From positions 1,728,001-1,792,000 of the forward strand of contig CBDFJR010000002.1 in NCBI GenBank assembly GCA_965248535.1: DNA of 64,000 nucleotides. Direction: 5' to 3'. The position numbers and the translations under genes are program-made. Below the pieces are notes generated by a model. That model did not search any database, was not told the DNA's origin, and worked only from the letters and a program-made list of their open reading frames with translations. Source of the DNA: Phormidesmis sp. (GTDB lineage: Bacteria; Cyanobacteriota; Cyanobacteriia; Leptolyngbyales; Leptolyngbyaceae). This document shows, in pieces, positions 9,197 through 18,423 of the stretch; the stretch's first letter is position 1, and each line of letters begins with the position of its first letter.

Positions 9197-9640
9197 CTAA
9201 ATCCACGAGTCGAGCGCGAAGGACTGAATCTGCCGAATGCGAGTAAAATCCGAATCTGTGGAGAGCAACGTCAAACCATAGTGAATGGCTGTAGCAGCAA
9301 TCCAAAGATCGTTCTCACCAAAGCCAAGGTTTTGAACTGTGAAGTTGCGCCGTTGAACTTTGTCTCTGGGCCCAAGCTGTTTGATCAAGTCGCCTTTGAG
9401 TCTACCGTAAACATCAGGAACTCCTCGATTCACCGGATAGATCGCAATAGTTTGTAGAAAAGCATTGACTGTTCGGAGATTTTCGACAACGCGATCGGAT
9501 TTGTAGACCATATAGAGCATTTCACCCCGCACGATTACACTCGTTGCAACACCGTTTTCTAAATGTTGGTGAAGCACTTGAAGCAGAGCCGCATCGCCAG
9601 CGATGATGCGACTGCAATGGTTGGTGTCAAGAAGATACAT
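9197..9640 (-). CDS. vapC: VapC-family PIN toxin
   Basis: YLLDTN, GE, NDLWIAATA, STDSDF PIN acidic motifs. Confidence 0.9.
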   Translation of the reverse strand: MYLLDTNHCSRIIAGDAALLQVLHQHLENGVATSVIVRGEMLYMVYKSDRVVENLRTVNAFLQTIAIYPVNRGVPDVYGRLKGDLIKQLGPRDKVQRRNFTVQNLGFGENDLWIAATAIHYGLTLLSTDSDFTRIRQIQSFALDSWI

Positions 9641-9642
9641 CG

Positions 9643-9915
9643 TTAAAATTCAGCAGGCAATCGAGAATCATATACAGATTGAAGACATTCCTCAAAATCG
9701 TCGCCTTGCCAAGTTCCAGCAAATTGCAAGAGATCAGCAGCCGTCGAGCCTGTCACGATCGGTTGGTCATTGAGTGGAGAAATTGCCTGAGTTGAAAGAG
9801 TTCCTGAGTGTCTAAATTGGAGGAACTCTATAAAATTGGCGACCAGTGCGAGCTGCTCAGATGGCAGTTGAGCCACTTCTTGCAGCACTTTTTGACGTGT
9901 ATCAGAATCTGTCAT
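9643..9915 (-). CDS. Putative antitoxin upstream of VapC (DUF2281-like)
   Basis: Small acidic protein (QLPSEQL…FIEFL; FAGTWQGDDFEECL) ending 2 bp before the vapC start; start at MTDSD. Confidence 0.75.
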   Translation of the reverse strand: MTDSDTRQKVLQEVAQLPSEQLALVANFIEFLQFRHSGTLSTQAISPLNDQPIVTGSTAADLLQFAGTWQGDDFEECLQSVYDSRLPAEF

Positions 9916-10058
9916 GACAAATGTGCCCTGTTGACTACTCCTACAATTGCGGCTTTTTTCCAGTCGCTTCATTTTACACGAAGTGATCGTGGCTGAATTT
10001 AGTCCATCATAAATTTTCTTAAGGAAGCAAGAAAACGCGATAGATCTCTATTGTAGCT

Positions 10059-10188
10059 GGTGACATTACTGCGAGTTCTAATCAACTTGATGATCGTGCA
10101 AACTCTACGATCTGTTTCGCTCACAGAACCCGATCGCATTTATCGCCTCACGACTGGAGAAGTTGTTTTAGGTCGATCGTGCCATTAA
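10059..10188 (+). pseudogene. Orphan C-terminal fragment of a haemagglutinin-like gene
   Basis: Encodes DITASS and TEPDRIYRLTTGEVVLGRSCH*, matching the ends of 6357-9137 and 15160-17358. Confidence 0.8.
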
Positions 10189-10409
10189 ACTTTCGGCTTC
10201 CAAGATTGGAAAGTCACCTTCCAAAGATGTCGCTGTATTGCAAGAGCGATCGCTCTAATCTAGCGGTATGGAGGAAAAGCAGACAATCTAAATCTTCTAG
10301 GATTCGAGGTTTCCAGAACAGCGTCATTGAGAATTAAACCCCGATTTCATCAAATTGGGTTGCTCACGAGTCAACTTTCTAAACACACAACTTCTTCAAA
10401 GAGAAAATC

Positions 10410-10766
10410 ATGTCTACAGTTTCTAAGCAATCCTTTGGAATGAAATTTGTTCCATTGGTCATCCTGTCACTGACTATCTTTTGCCCCAGTGTTCTAGCAG
10501 AGACGTTTTCTAAGTGTGAACGGGTGACTGGCGATGCAGGCCGATGGGAAGACAGCCAGTCTCCCTCTGGGAGGTTAGATGAAATGTGCCGAACCAACCA
10601 ACACATTTATCAGGGCCAAAAAGGAACAATGGTGTTATCGAATATCAATTCTTCCGACTGTGGTGCTGCCATTTCGTATGCGAAGGAACAGGAGAGTTGG
10701 CATGGTGATTGGTTCCTTTGGAGCCATATCACATGTACCAACGGAATGGAGATCCTCATCAAGTAA
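10410..10766 (+). CDS. Small secreted Cys-containing hypothetical protein
   Basis: Signal peptide …VLA|E, purine-rich RBS AAAGAGAAAATC. Confidence 0.65.
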   Translation: MSTVSKQSFGMKFVPLVILSLTIFCPSVLAETFSKCERVTGDAGRWEDSQSPSGRLDEMCRTNQHIYQGQKGTMVLSNINSSDCGAAISYAKEQESWHGDWFLWSHITCTNGMEILIK

Positions 10767-10982
10767 AAGTTGCGAGTATCGCGCATAGCATATCCCAATT
10801 GCAGAAACCTTTTTGCTGGCGATTCCTTCGGCATTGAAAACCCGATACAGAGGTCGCCAAAGCCGATGGATGTTGGAAGCTATGCTTCAGACTAACCGAT
10901 AAAATTCGCGATCGTGCTGGGTTGGCAAATTCATCTAGCCAGTAACCGATATCCAAATCTCAAACAAACAGCAAGGAGAACG

Positions 10983-11282
10983 ATGATGAATGTAAAACGT
11001 GCCCTAAGAGTGGTGCCTGTTACGATCGGGTTGTCCCTAGCAGCCCTCTCCCCCTGTTACGCTGCTCGGATTTACAATGATACGAACGCCGGGATCTATG
11101 TGGGGGGCAATACTGGAGGGTTTGGTACTTAGTACTCGGCTATAGTGAGACCGAGACAAAAGAGCGGCAGCCTGGATTGGACTACCGTTGCTGAAATCTA
11201 TGTCTATGGGAACAATAAGACTTTGTGTCATCTTGAATTTGGCCCTCATGCCCAAATTCAAGAAGAATTGAGCACTCAATGA
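10983..11282 (+). pseudogene. Small secreted protein interrupted by in-frame TAG (11130-11132)
   Basis: AAGGAG RBS and signal peptide; the frame stays open after the TAG (YSAIVRPRQKSGSLDWTTV…) to TGA at 11282. Confidence 0.55.
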
Positions 11283-11621
11283 AAATCGGCTTAAGCATCG
11301 CTAGTGGCAATTGCATCAGTTTCCAACTCTGGCATCGATTAACTGAGTGTAGCGAGGCAAGCTTGATGAGCACTGGGGTTTGAGTACGATCGCTCATAGC
11401 TGTAGGTTGGCTAAGTCTCCGAAACCCAACAATACTGAGGATTCTGCTACATCACAGCTCTCTTTTCACTGTCGAAACTTTAAGGATTGAAACCCCGATG
11501 TCTAGCTTATGGGCGTTGGATTTCATGCTTCAACTTAACCTACAAGATCCGCGATTCACTGAAACTTATCTAATCAGTCAACTGACAGCCAAAGTTCGAT
11601 TTCTACATTAAAGAGAAAACG

Positions 11622-11999
11622 ATGAAAACACTACTGACGCGATCGACGCTACTACTTAGCTTGATGACCTGTGCTTCCGCCTCTCTCGCCTTTCCTGCCT
11701 TGTCCCAGACTGCTGTCCATCCACTGTTTGACTTAACGTGCGAGCAGGGGTATCACGCTGGTGTGCTACAGGACTCCCATTCCGGCGAATTTCTTTACCG
11801 TTCTAAAGGACCCAAGGGTGGATTGGGCTTGCGTGGAGGAACTAGAGTGAGTATAAAAGGAGCGGAAGTGTATAAATTTCAGAATGGTGCTTATGAATAC
11901 CAGGTAGTTTATGGTATGGGCAATAACAGTAAGCAGGGAATTTTAGGGGTGTATAAAGACGGTCGCTCTATCATGAATCTCCATTGTACACATCCTTAA
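11622..11999 (+). CDS. Small secreted hypothetical protein
   Basis: Signal peptide …PALS|Q; RBS AAAGAGAAAACG; YKFQNGAYEYQV motif. Confidence 0.75.
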   Translation: MKTLLTRSTLLLSLMTCASASLAFPALSQTAVHPLFDLTCEQGYHAGVLQDSHSGEFLYRSKGPKGGLGLRGGTRVSIKGAEVYKFQNGAYEYQVVYGMGNNSKQGILGVYKDGRSIMNLHCTHP

Positions 12000-12216
12000 G
12001 CGATCTCTGCATTGCTGATAGGACTGTTGGCGTTGAGGAAGCCGAAAATTATCTCTGATACTTCTACACGCAATTTGCTTGCACGACTTTGTTCCAAACT
12101 ACTAAGGCTGAATTCTGGAGACACCCGCCCGAAAGTAAAGCTTTTACCTTTGTCCGCTTTTCTCCTGTGTGTCCCTACTTTGCTTGCCATTGCAATCCAT
12201 ACTTTAGTTAAAACTC

Positions 12217-12588
12217 ATGAAGATTTCTGTTAAACCTTTTGTTTGGGCGATCGCATCTTTGTCCTTCCTCGGTTTTGCGACTCAGAGTTTAGCGGACAAG
12301 CCAATTTATGTCGGCAAAGCTTCGACTGGTGAACCCGTCTACTTTAATGGGGCGCGTTTCCAATGCGGCGACCTTCCACGGACAGACGAATGCTGGTCGC
12401 GCACTCCAATGATCAGCTACAAAATTGGAAAAGATAACGTGACGGCGATCGGCGACTGCAAAAAGCGGGTGTTCAAGACAGTCACACTGGGCGACAAGAC
12501 TGTAGCTCAGAATATGCGACCCCAATCTGCTGCACTATGGCAGGTACTAAATAGAAGCTGCCACAGTGCTAAGTACAGCCAGCATTGA
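12217..12588 (+). CDS. Small secreted hypothetical protein with 4 Cys
   Basis: Signal peptide …SLA|D; YVGKASTGEPVY. Confidence 0.7.
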   Translation: MKISVKPFVWAIASLSFLGFATQSLADKPIYVGKASTGEPVYFNGARFQCGDLPRTDECWSRTPMISYKIGKDNVTAIGDCKKRVFKTVTLGDKTVAQNMRPQSAALWQVLNRSCHSAKYSQH

Positions 12589-12689
12589 GATCTATTTCCG
12601 CAGGTTTCAATACAAAACGTTCCATCATGAGACAAAAAAGGCGCATCAGCAAACAATCTGAGAATATTTAGAACTCCAAATTGATAGAC

Positions 12690-12812
12690 TAGACCTCCTG
12701 CACGAATCCGGGAAAGCCCCCTAAATTCCCCATTTATGGGAGACTTTGAACTCAGAAACTTGGCTTAAAGTCCCCCAGCATAAGGGATTTATGAGGCGTT
12801 TCAGAAAGGTCG
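12690..12812. repeat. Cyanobacterial stem-loop/MITE-like repeat
   Basis: AGACCTCCTGCA…CCCCTAAATTCCCC…GACTTT…AAAGTCCCCC…GGGATTTA…AGGTC nested inverted segments. Confidence 0.55.
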
Positions 12813-13002
12813 CTACCTACCGATTCATCCTTGGATTCAGCAACGCCCAAAACTCTTCTAATCTTTGAGTAGTTCCTTCAGAGTTGTGTTTTGCCAATTG
12901 CTTTCCAAACGTGGAAGGTGATTTTCCGCAGATGTCGATGTATGGCTGGAAGAACAATTCTAATCTATAGATAAAACTCATAGAATTCCAAAGGGGGCTT
13001 AA

Positions 13003-13230
13003 ATGCAAGGCAACTCAACCCATTTTATTGGCTTTACTCAGCCTAACTCAATTCACCCAGCGGCTGCAAACCCAACCGCTAATGTAACGACACTACTTGT
13101 AATTATTTTTCCTGCCGTTGTGATCTTGAGTGTCGTGAGTTATCGATACTATTGTGTAGCTAGACTGCGCCAACAAATTGCTACTTTAGAAAAGCTCTGG
13201 CAGCTTACCTCCAGTCAAAAATTATTCTAA
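13003..13230 (+). CDS. Small single-TM hypothetical protein
   Basis: One TM helix followed by RLRQQIATLEKLWQL. Confidence 0.6.
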   Translation: MQGNSTHFIGFTQPNSIHPAAANPTANVTTLLVIIFPAVVILSVVSYRYYCVARLRQQIATLEKLWQLTSSQKLF

Positions 13231-13429
13231 GACTATAGAGATACCTACTAATTGCTTTACTCCAGTCTCACGCTGGGAGTCGGGCAATGGTTGATCTCGC
13301 TAGTTCCAATCTGCTTTCCTTGCGACGCGGGGCGATGTCCTTGTTAGCCTCCTTTCTTAGGATAAAAGAAGGGAAGCCAGATTAGAAGTCTCTCATGATT
13401 GCTAGGTTAATGAAATTTTTCTCTCAAAA

Positions 13430-13690
13430 CTCACGATCGCGATCGCCAACATAGAGATTCTTTCCACAAATGCGAAGAACAAACCCTCATTCATTAAAAC
13501 TGCGATCGCGTTGATCAAAAATGAAGATCGGAAATACGGAAAATACAATCTCAACCTCATACACATAGACTTAAATACGAAAAATGCAGCTTCGTTGACC
13601 AAAATAAGGTCGTCTGCATAGGAAATGCGATCGCGTTTATTGAAGCGGCGATCGCATTCTCTATAAATAAGTCCTGATTTCCATAGTTTC
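13430..13690. repeat. Degenerate ~21-bp-period tandem repeat tract
   Basis: Units such as AAAACTGCGATCGCGTTGATC / AAAAATGCAGCTTCGTTGACC / GAAATGCGATCGCGTTTATTG fall in about 21-nt register. Confidence 0.5.
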
Positions 13691-13887
13691 CCCATTCATT
13701 TTTAAACTGAACGTAAATGCTTCAGGTAAATTGTGTATAAACACCCTGCTTTTTTTGCTCTTTTCCGTATTACAGACAAACTTTAATCAATCTTTATCTA
13801 AGCTTTTGCAAACAACCGTCAAAAATACGACTCTCCTGGCAAGGATGATTTAGCTATGGTAGAAAAAATCAATCAGGAGACCCTATC

Positions 13888-14337
13888 ATGACCCTTCAAA
13901 CTCGCGGATCTGCTGCGATTAACAAAGCTCAACGCCGTCTTGCCAGTCTCAAATCCATCGACGAAAACCTGGATTTAGGCCATGGACTAACAACTGGTGC
14001 TTATACTCAAATGATCGAAGCGGTTCGCAGCGCTGTCGAAGCTCACAACACCTTTGTCTCCCAGATCGACGAGTCTCGCCGCAATGTAGCTGCCCTAGAA
14101 AAAGAACTGGCTGATCTCACTGCCCGGATGTTGAGCGGAGTTTCCACTAAATACGGCAGAAACAGCAATGAGTATCGCAAAGCAGGAGGTAGCCTTCGCA
14201 AAAGCAAGTCCGCGGCTTCTCAGTCCACTTTTCCGTTAACTTCAGAGCCTCTTCAACCTGCTCCTCTAGAGGTGGCACTTTCAACTAACGGGAAGAGCAA
14301 AAGCAAAACTCAAGCAGATAAAACTAACGGACTATAA
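13888..14337 (+). CDS. Cyanobacterial-type hypothetical protein (helical)
   Basis: AGGAG RBS; KAQRRLASLKSIDENLDLG…KYGRNSNEYRKAGG motif. Confidence 0.8.
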   Translation: MTLQTRGSAAINKAQRRLASLKSIDENLDLGHGLTTGAYTQMIEAVRSAVEAHNTFVSQIDESRRNVAALEKELADLTARMLSGVSTKYGRNSNEYRKAGGSLRKSKSAASQSTFPLTSEPLQPAPLEVALSTNGKSKSKTQADKTNGL

Positions 14338-14583
14338 AGAGCGATCGCTCCTATTTCACAACACTTGAGTCTTAAATTATAACCAGGCTTTCAACTCTAC
14401 GATCGCTAAAAAATTCAACAGATTTTGACTTCTCACAGTTGCAACATAACTTATCTTACGATCGCGGAAAATAGATGATATGGTTCCTGTCAGAACTTCG
14501 TATTGCAATCTGAAATCAGCCCCATAAAAACAGATGCAAAGACAGTTTCATCATTAGATGCATCTAACCTTTAGGAGAAGAGT

Positions 14584-15018
14584 ATGGATAGTGACACAGC
14601 CGACCAGTTGAGCAATAAGTTCGAGTCTGCACTCTCCGAAATTCTGCCTGACCTAACTCAATTACTCCAGCAATATCAAGTGTCAGAAGTTTTAACAATT
14701 GAGCTAAAAATCCTGATGGGTTGCCACCCAACTCCTAATGGTGGTCATGTATGTAACTGGCAGCCTGTTATTGAACCCACGCCTGAAGTACCTGGTTTCG
14801 GTGAAATAGGTGAGCCAGATCCTGAAACTGCACAACAGTTTTGGATAGATATTGCATCAAAAATGTTTGCAACGATGACTCTTTTAAGTCAATCTATCCA
14901 GCAAGCAAAAGAAAAATTTAAAGCTCATATCATTATTGATCCAGCCGCAATGGACAATATCCGCCTGTCTTGTAAGTTTGTTGACGGTGTTCTTCTGTGC
15001 ACTGTTCAGCCACACTGA
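14584..15018 (+). CDS. Hypothetical protein with two internal repeats, each ending in a Cys pair
   Basis: AGGAG RBS; DSDTADQ…C-x9-C and DPETAQQ…C-x8-C. Confidence 0.65.
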   Translation: MDSDTADQLSNKFESALSEILPDLTQLLQQYQVSEVLTIELKILMGCHPTPNGGHVCNWQPVIEPTPEVPGFGEIGEPDPETAQQFWIDIASKMFATMTLLSQSIQQAKEKFKAHIIIDPAAMDNIRLSCKFVDGVLLCTVQPH

Positions 15019-15159
15019 TGAACCGTTAAGCGACTGATATCTAGATGATGACTTGCAAAAGAATCAGAGGTCTGATGTAAGCTAATATAATGCCAACATG
15101 GTGTTTGCGCGATATTGGCAACATCTGTGTCGCAGTGACGCTTTGAGTGAGTCGATTTT

Positions 15160-17358
15160 GTGATTCAAAAAAAGATCAGCAAACACTGGAAACTAAAACT
15201 ACTGAGTCCTTTAGCGATCGCGGGTGCTATTGCTATTGCTAAACACCCCGCCTATGCTCAAGTAACACCTGATCATACGTTAGGGGTTGAGCGGTCGATC
15301 GTGAATTCAAGCATAAATAATGGTTCTTTCCGTCAGCAAATCGAAGGGGGAGCAATTCGCGGGATTAATCTGTTTCATAGCTTTCGCGACTTCAACATTG
15401 CGGCAGGACAAAGCCTCTATTTTCAAAACCCGATCGGCATCAAGAACATTATCAGTCGAGTAACTGGCAGCAGTCCGTCCGATATTGCAGGAACACTAGG
15501 GGTATCAGGCGGCAGTGCCAACCTGTTTCTGCTTAATTCAAATGGCATTATCTTTGGAGCCAATGCGCGTCTGGATGTTAGCGGCTCATTTGTGGCAACA
15601 ACAGCGTCTGCACTTCAGTTTGGCACTCAGGGCTTTTTTAGTAGTTCTGCACCTGATTCCCCTCCTTTGCTAACCGTGAATCCGTCTGCTTTTTTGTTCA
15701 ACCAAGTGGCTCGTGCAGCGGTGGTCAATCGTTCAACAACCCCATTAGAATCGGGTAGACAAGGGCTGCAAGTGCCGGATGGTCATAGTGTGCTGCTGTT
15801 AGGGGGCGATGTCAATTTGGCAGGAGGAGGTGTGAATGCGGCTGGGGGGCGGGTAGAACTGGGAGCAGTTGCAGGCACAGGCACAGTAGGGCTGAGTCTG
15901 GATAACAACGATTTGCGCTTGAGTTTTCCTGCTGCGCTCGATCGAGCCGATATTTTTCTCACCAATGGCGCTACGGTCAATACCAGCGGGGAAGGGGGCG
16001 GGTCGATCCAGATTTGGGGCAGGCGCATCTCCATAAATAGCGGTTCTCAAGTTGCGGCTTTTACCCAAGGAGCGAAACCCGGAGGCAGCTTAACTGTGAA
16101 TGCCTCTGAGTCTTTAGAAGTAATTGGATTCGCTCCATTTGGGAATTTATCGACCGTGAGCTTCGGGAATGGTAATGCAGGCGATCTCACGATCGAGACT
16201 CGAAGACTGAGTATTCAAGATGGAGCGTCAGTCTCTTCCGAGACACGCGGCAATGGTTCAGGTGGGAAGTTGAGCGTGAATGCCTCCGAGTCTGTTGAGG
16301 TTGCAGGTCGAGATAGCACTGGTAGCTCTAGCTTCTTGGGTAGTTCTACAAGCAGTGCAGGACAAGCAGGAAATCTCACTATCAACACAAAAAGGCTAAT
16401 CATCCGGGATGGAGGAGCACTATCTACTGAGGCGTTTCCCGTATTTGAAAATGGACAACAGGTTTTTCCGGCATCCGGAGAAGGGGGTAATCTGACGATC
16501 AATGCTTCTGACTCTGTAGAGTTGATTAGAGAAGGATTCATCTTTACAGACACTCAAAGCACTGGAAATGCAGGCAACCTAACGATCAATACGGGTAGCC
16601 TACTGGCTCAAGATGGTAGTGCGATCGGCGCACAAAGCCGAGGTTCAGGAAATGCAGGCAATATCACAGTGCGGGCACGCTCGATTGAGTTGAAGAATCA
16701 ATCGCTAATCTATGCTCAAACCACAGCAAGTCAGGGTGGCAACATCACACTGCAAGTCCAGGATCTGCTGCTGATGCGACAGGGTAGCTTTATTTCCACC
16801 ACCGCTGGAACGGATCAAGCAGGCGGGGATGGCGGCAACATTACCTTTGATGGCAAGTTCATTGTGGCTGTTCCTCAAGAGAACAGTGATATCACAGCCA
16901 ATGCCTTCTCAGGTCGCGGGGGCAACATTCGCATTACCGCTCAAGGCATTTTCGGAATTGAGCCTCGTTTTAAAGAGACTTCCTTCAGTGACATTACCGC
17001 CAGTTCTGCGTTTGGTGTCAGTGGCACGATTACGCTGAATACGCCGGATGTCGATCCGAGTCGAGGCACTGCGGCACTGCCCAGCGGGTTAGTCGATACC
17101 AATGCAATCATTGCGAATAGTTGTGTGGCCCGTCGCCGTCATCAAGGTCGCTTTGTGATTACGGGAACAGGTGGTTTAGCACCTCAGCCTGACGATCTGG
17201 CAAATGCTTCGTTTCCAACCTATGAGTTAGTTCCTGATCCTGCAAAAGCAGAGACGACAGAGAAGGGTCGTCCGTCGCCATCTACTTCAGTCATAGAACC
17301 CGATCGTATCTATCACCTCGCAAATGGAGCGATGATTCTAGGTCGATCGTGTCATTAA
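15160..17358 (+). CDS. Second filamentous haemagglutinin N-terminal domain exoprotein
   Basis: NLFHSFRDF, IISRVTG, LLNSNGI; beta-helix repeats; same C-terminal tail as paralog. Confidence 0.92.
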   Translation: MIQKKISKHWKLKLLSPLAIAGAIAIAKHPAYAQVTPDHTLGVERSIVNSSINNGSFRQQIEGGAIRGINLFHSFRDFNIAAGQSLYFQNPIGIKNIISRVTGSSPSDIAGTLGVSGGSANLFLLNSNGIIFGANARLDVSGSFVATTASALQFGTQGFFSSSAPDSPPLLTVNPSAFLFNQVARAAVVNRSTTPLESGRQGLQVPDGHSVLLLGGDVNLAGGGVNAAGGRVELGAVAGTGTVGLSLDNNDLRLSFPAALDRADIFLTNGATVNTSGEGGGSIQIWGRRISINSGSQVAAFTQGAKPGGSLTVNASESLEVIGFAPFGNLSTVSFGNGNAGDLTIETRRLSIQDGASVSSETRGNGSGGKLSVNASESVEVAGRDSTGSSSFLGSSTSSAGQAGNLTINTKRLIIRDGGALSTEAFPVFENGQQVFPASGEGGNLTINASDSVELIREGFIFTDTQSTGNAGNLTINTGSLLAQDGSAIGAQSRGSGNAGNITVRARSIELKNQSLIYAQTTASQGGNITLQVQDLLLMRQGSFISTTAGTDQAGGDGGNITFDGKFIVAVPQENSDITANAFSGRGGNIRITAQGIFGIEPRFKETSFSDITASSAFGVSGTITLNTPDVDPSRGTAALPSGLVDTNAIIANSCVARRRHQGRFVITGTGGLAPQPDDLANASFPTYELVPDPAKAETTEKGRPSPSTSVIEPDRIYHLANGAMILGRSCH

Positions 17359-17593
17359 ACTAAAAGACTTCCAACCTTTGCAAGAGCGCCTTCCAAACGT
17401 GGAAGGTGATTTTCCGCGTATGTCGCTGTATCCCAAGAGAAATCGCTCTAATCTAGCAGTGTAGAAGAACAGCAAGCACGCTAAACCTTTTAGCCAAAAA
17501 GAAATGACATCAGTTAATTGATTGAACTATGACCTTAGGGCAACGATCGTTGCCCTAAGCTTACCTCAACTCTAAACCGGAGAAGCCTGCACC

Positions 17594-17785
17594 ATGAAAC
17601 TTATTTACCGTGCGCTCATTCTAGAATCTGTTCCCCGTCCAGTTGCGCCCTATCGCAAACCGCAAGCTTTGCATTGGCGCTTTCATGCTCCTGGTGAAAC
17701 CTATGGTGAAGTTCAGAAATCATCAACTTCTTATCGTTACCCACGGGCGCTAAACTGGCGCTTTCGGATGGCTTCGGAGGTGTAG
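17594..17785 (+). CDS. Small basic protein, DUF4278-like
   Basis: MKLIYR start and duplicated YRxPxALxWRF motif. Confidence 0.55.
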   Translation: MKLIYRALILESVPRPVAPYRKPQALHWRFHAPGETYGEVQKSSTSYRYPRALNWRFRMASEV

Positions 17786-18423
17786 ATGGAACCGTTTCAA
17801 GAATCACAGCAAAGTCACTTGCTAGGATTACAACTTAGCACCACCCGATCGTTACAAATATCTACTCCCAGTCGCTATCAAAATTATCCCTTTTCTATCA
17901 ACGGAGATTCTGTTTTATATGCGTGTTTAGCTTTTACTTATCCATTTGTAGTTCTGTCGCTAATACTCTGTTATTAACAAATCAACGGCATCTAGAACGA
18001 GTTTGATCAGCGCGACTCTTATCCCAAGCTGCCACTCTCGAACAATTGCTCAAGCTTGATCACCCCAAGGCATATTCAGAGCCTTTAGAGGATGCTTTGA
18101 GCATGTTTTTCTGACTCTAGATTTTTTCTCTCGCCAACAAACTCGTTCTGCGTTTGAAAAAGGGACTTTAGATCGCTTGCCCTTTTTTTGATGATGGCTA
18201 GGGGCATCTCCTGACGATTTGATCTGTTGCAAACATCCTCTAAGACGTGTTGGATAGCTGCTTTACCTGAGTGCTGCCCACCTTGAAATCTACGATCGCT
18301 GCCCAGATATTCCCTAAGCAATTAGCCAGCTTAAGCTGAGATTTGAGAGAGAAGACTATATAATTAGCACGTCTTTTGTCAAAATGAATTTCAACCTGAA
18401 CTGTGTGAGTTGCTGAAAGCCCA

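Noticed and set aside
13402..13695. 97-aa minus-strand ORF over the 21-nt tract
   Set aside because: No RBS or recognisable motif; likely a by-product of the repeat
10188..13700. CRISPR array or integron interpretation of the repeats
   Set aside because: No constant repeat with unique equal-length spacers, no cas gene, no integrase, no recognisable attC structure
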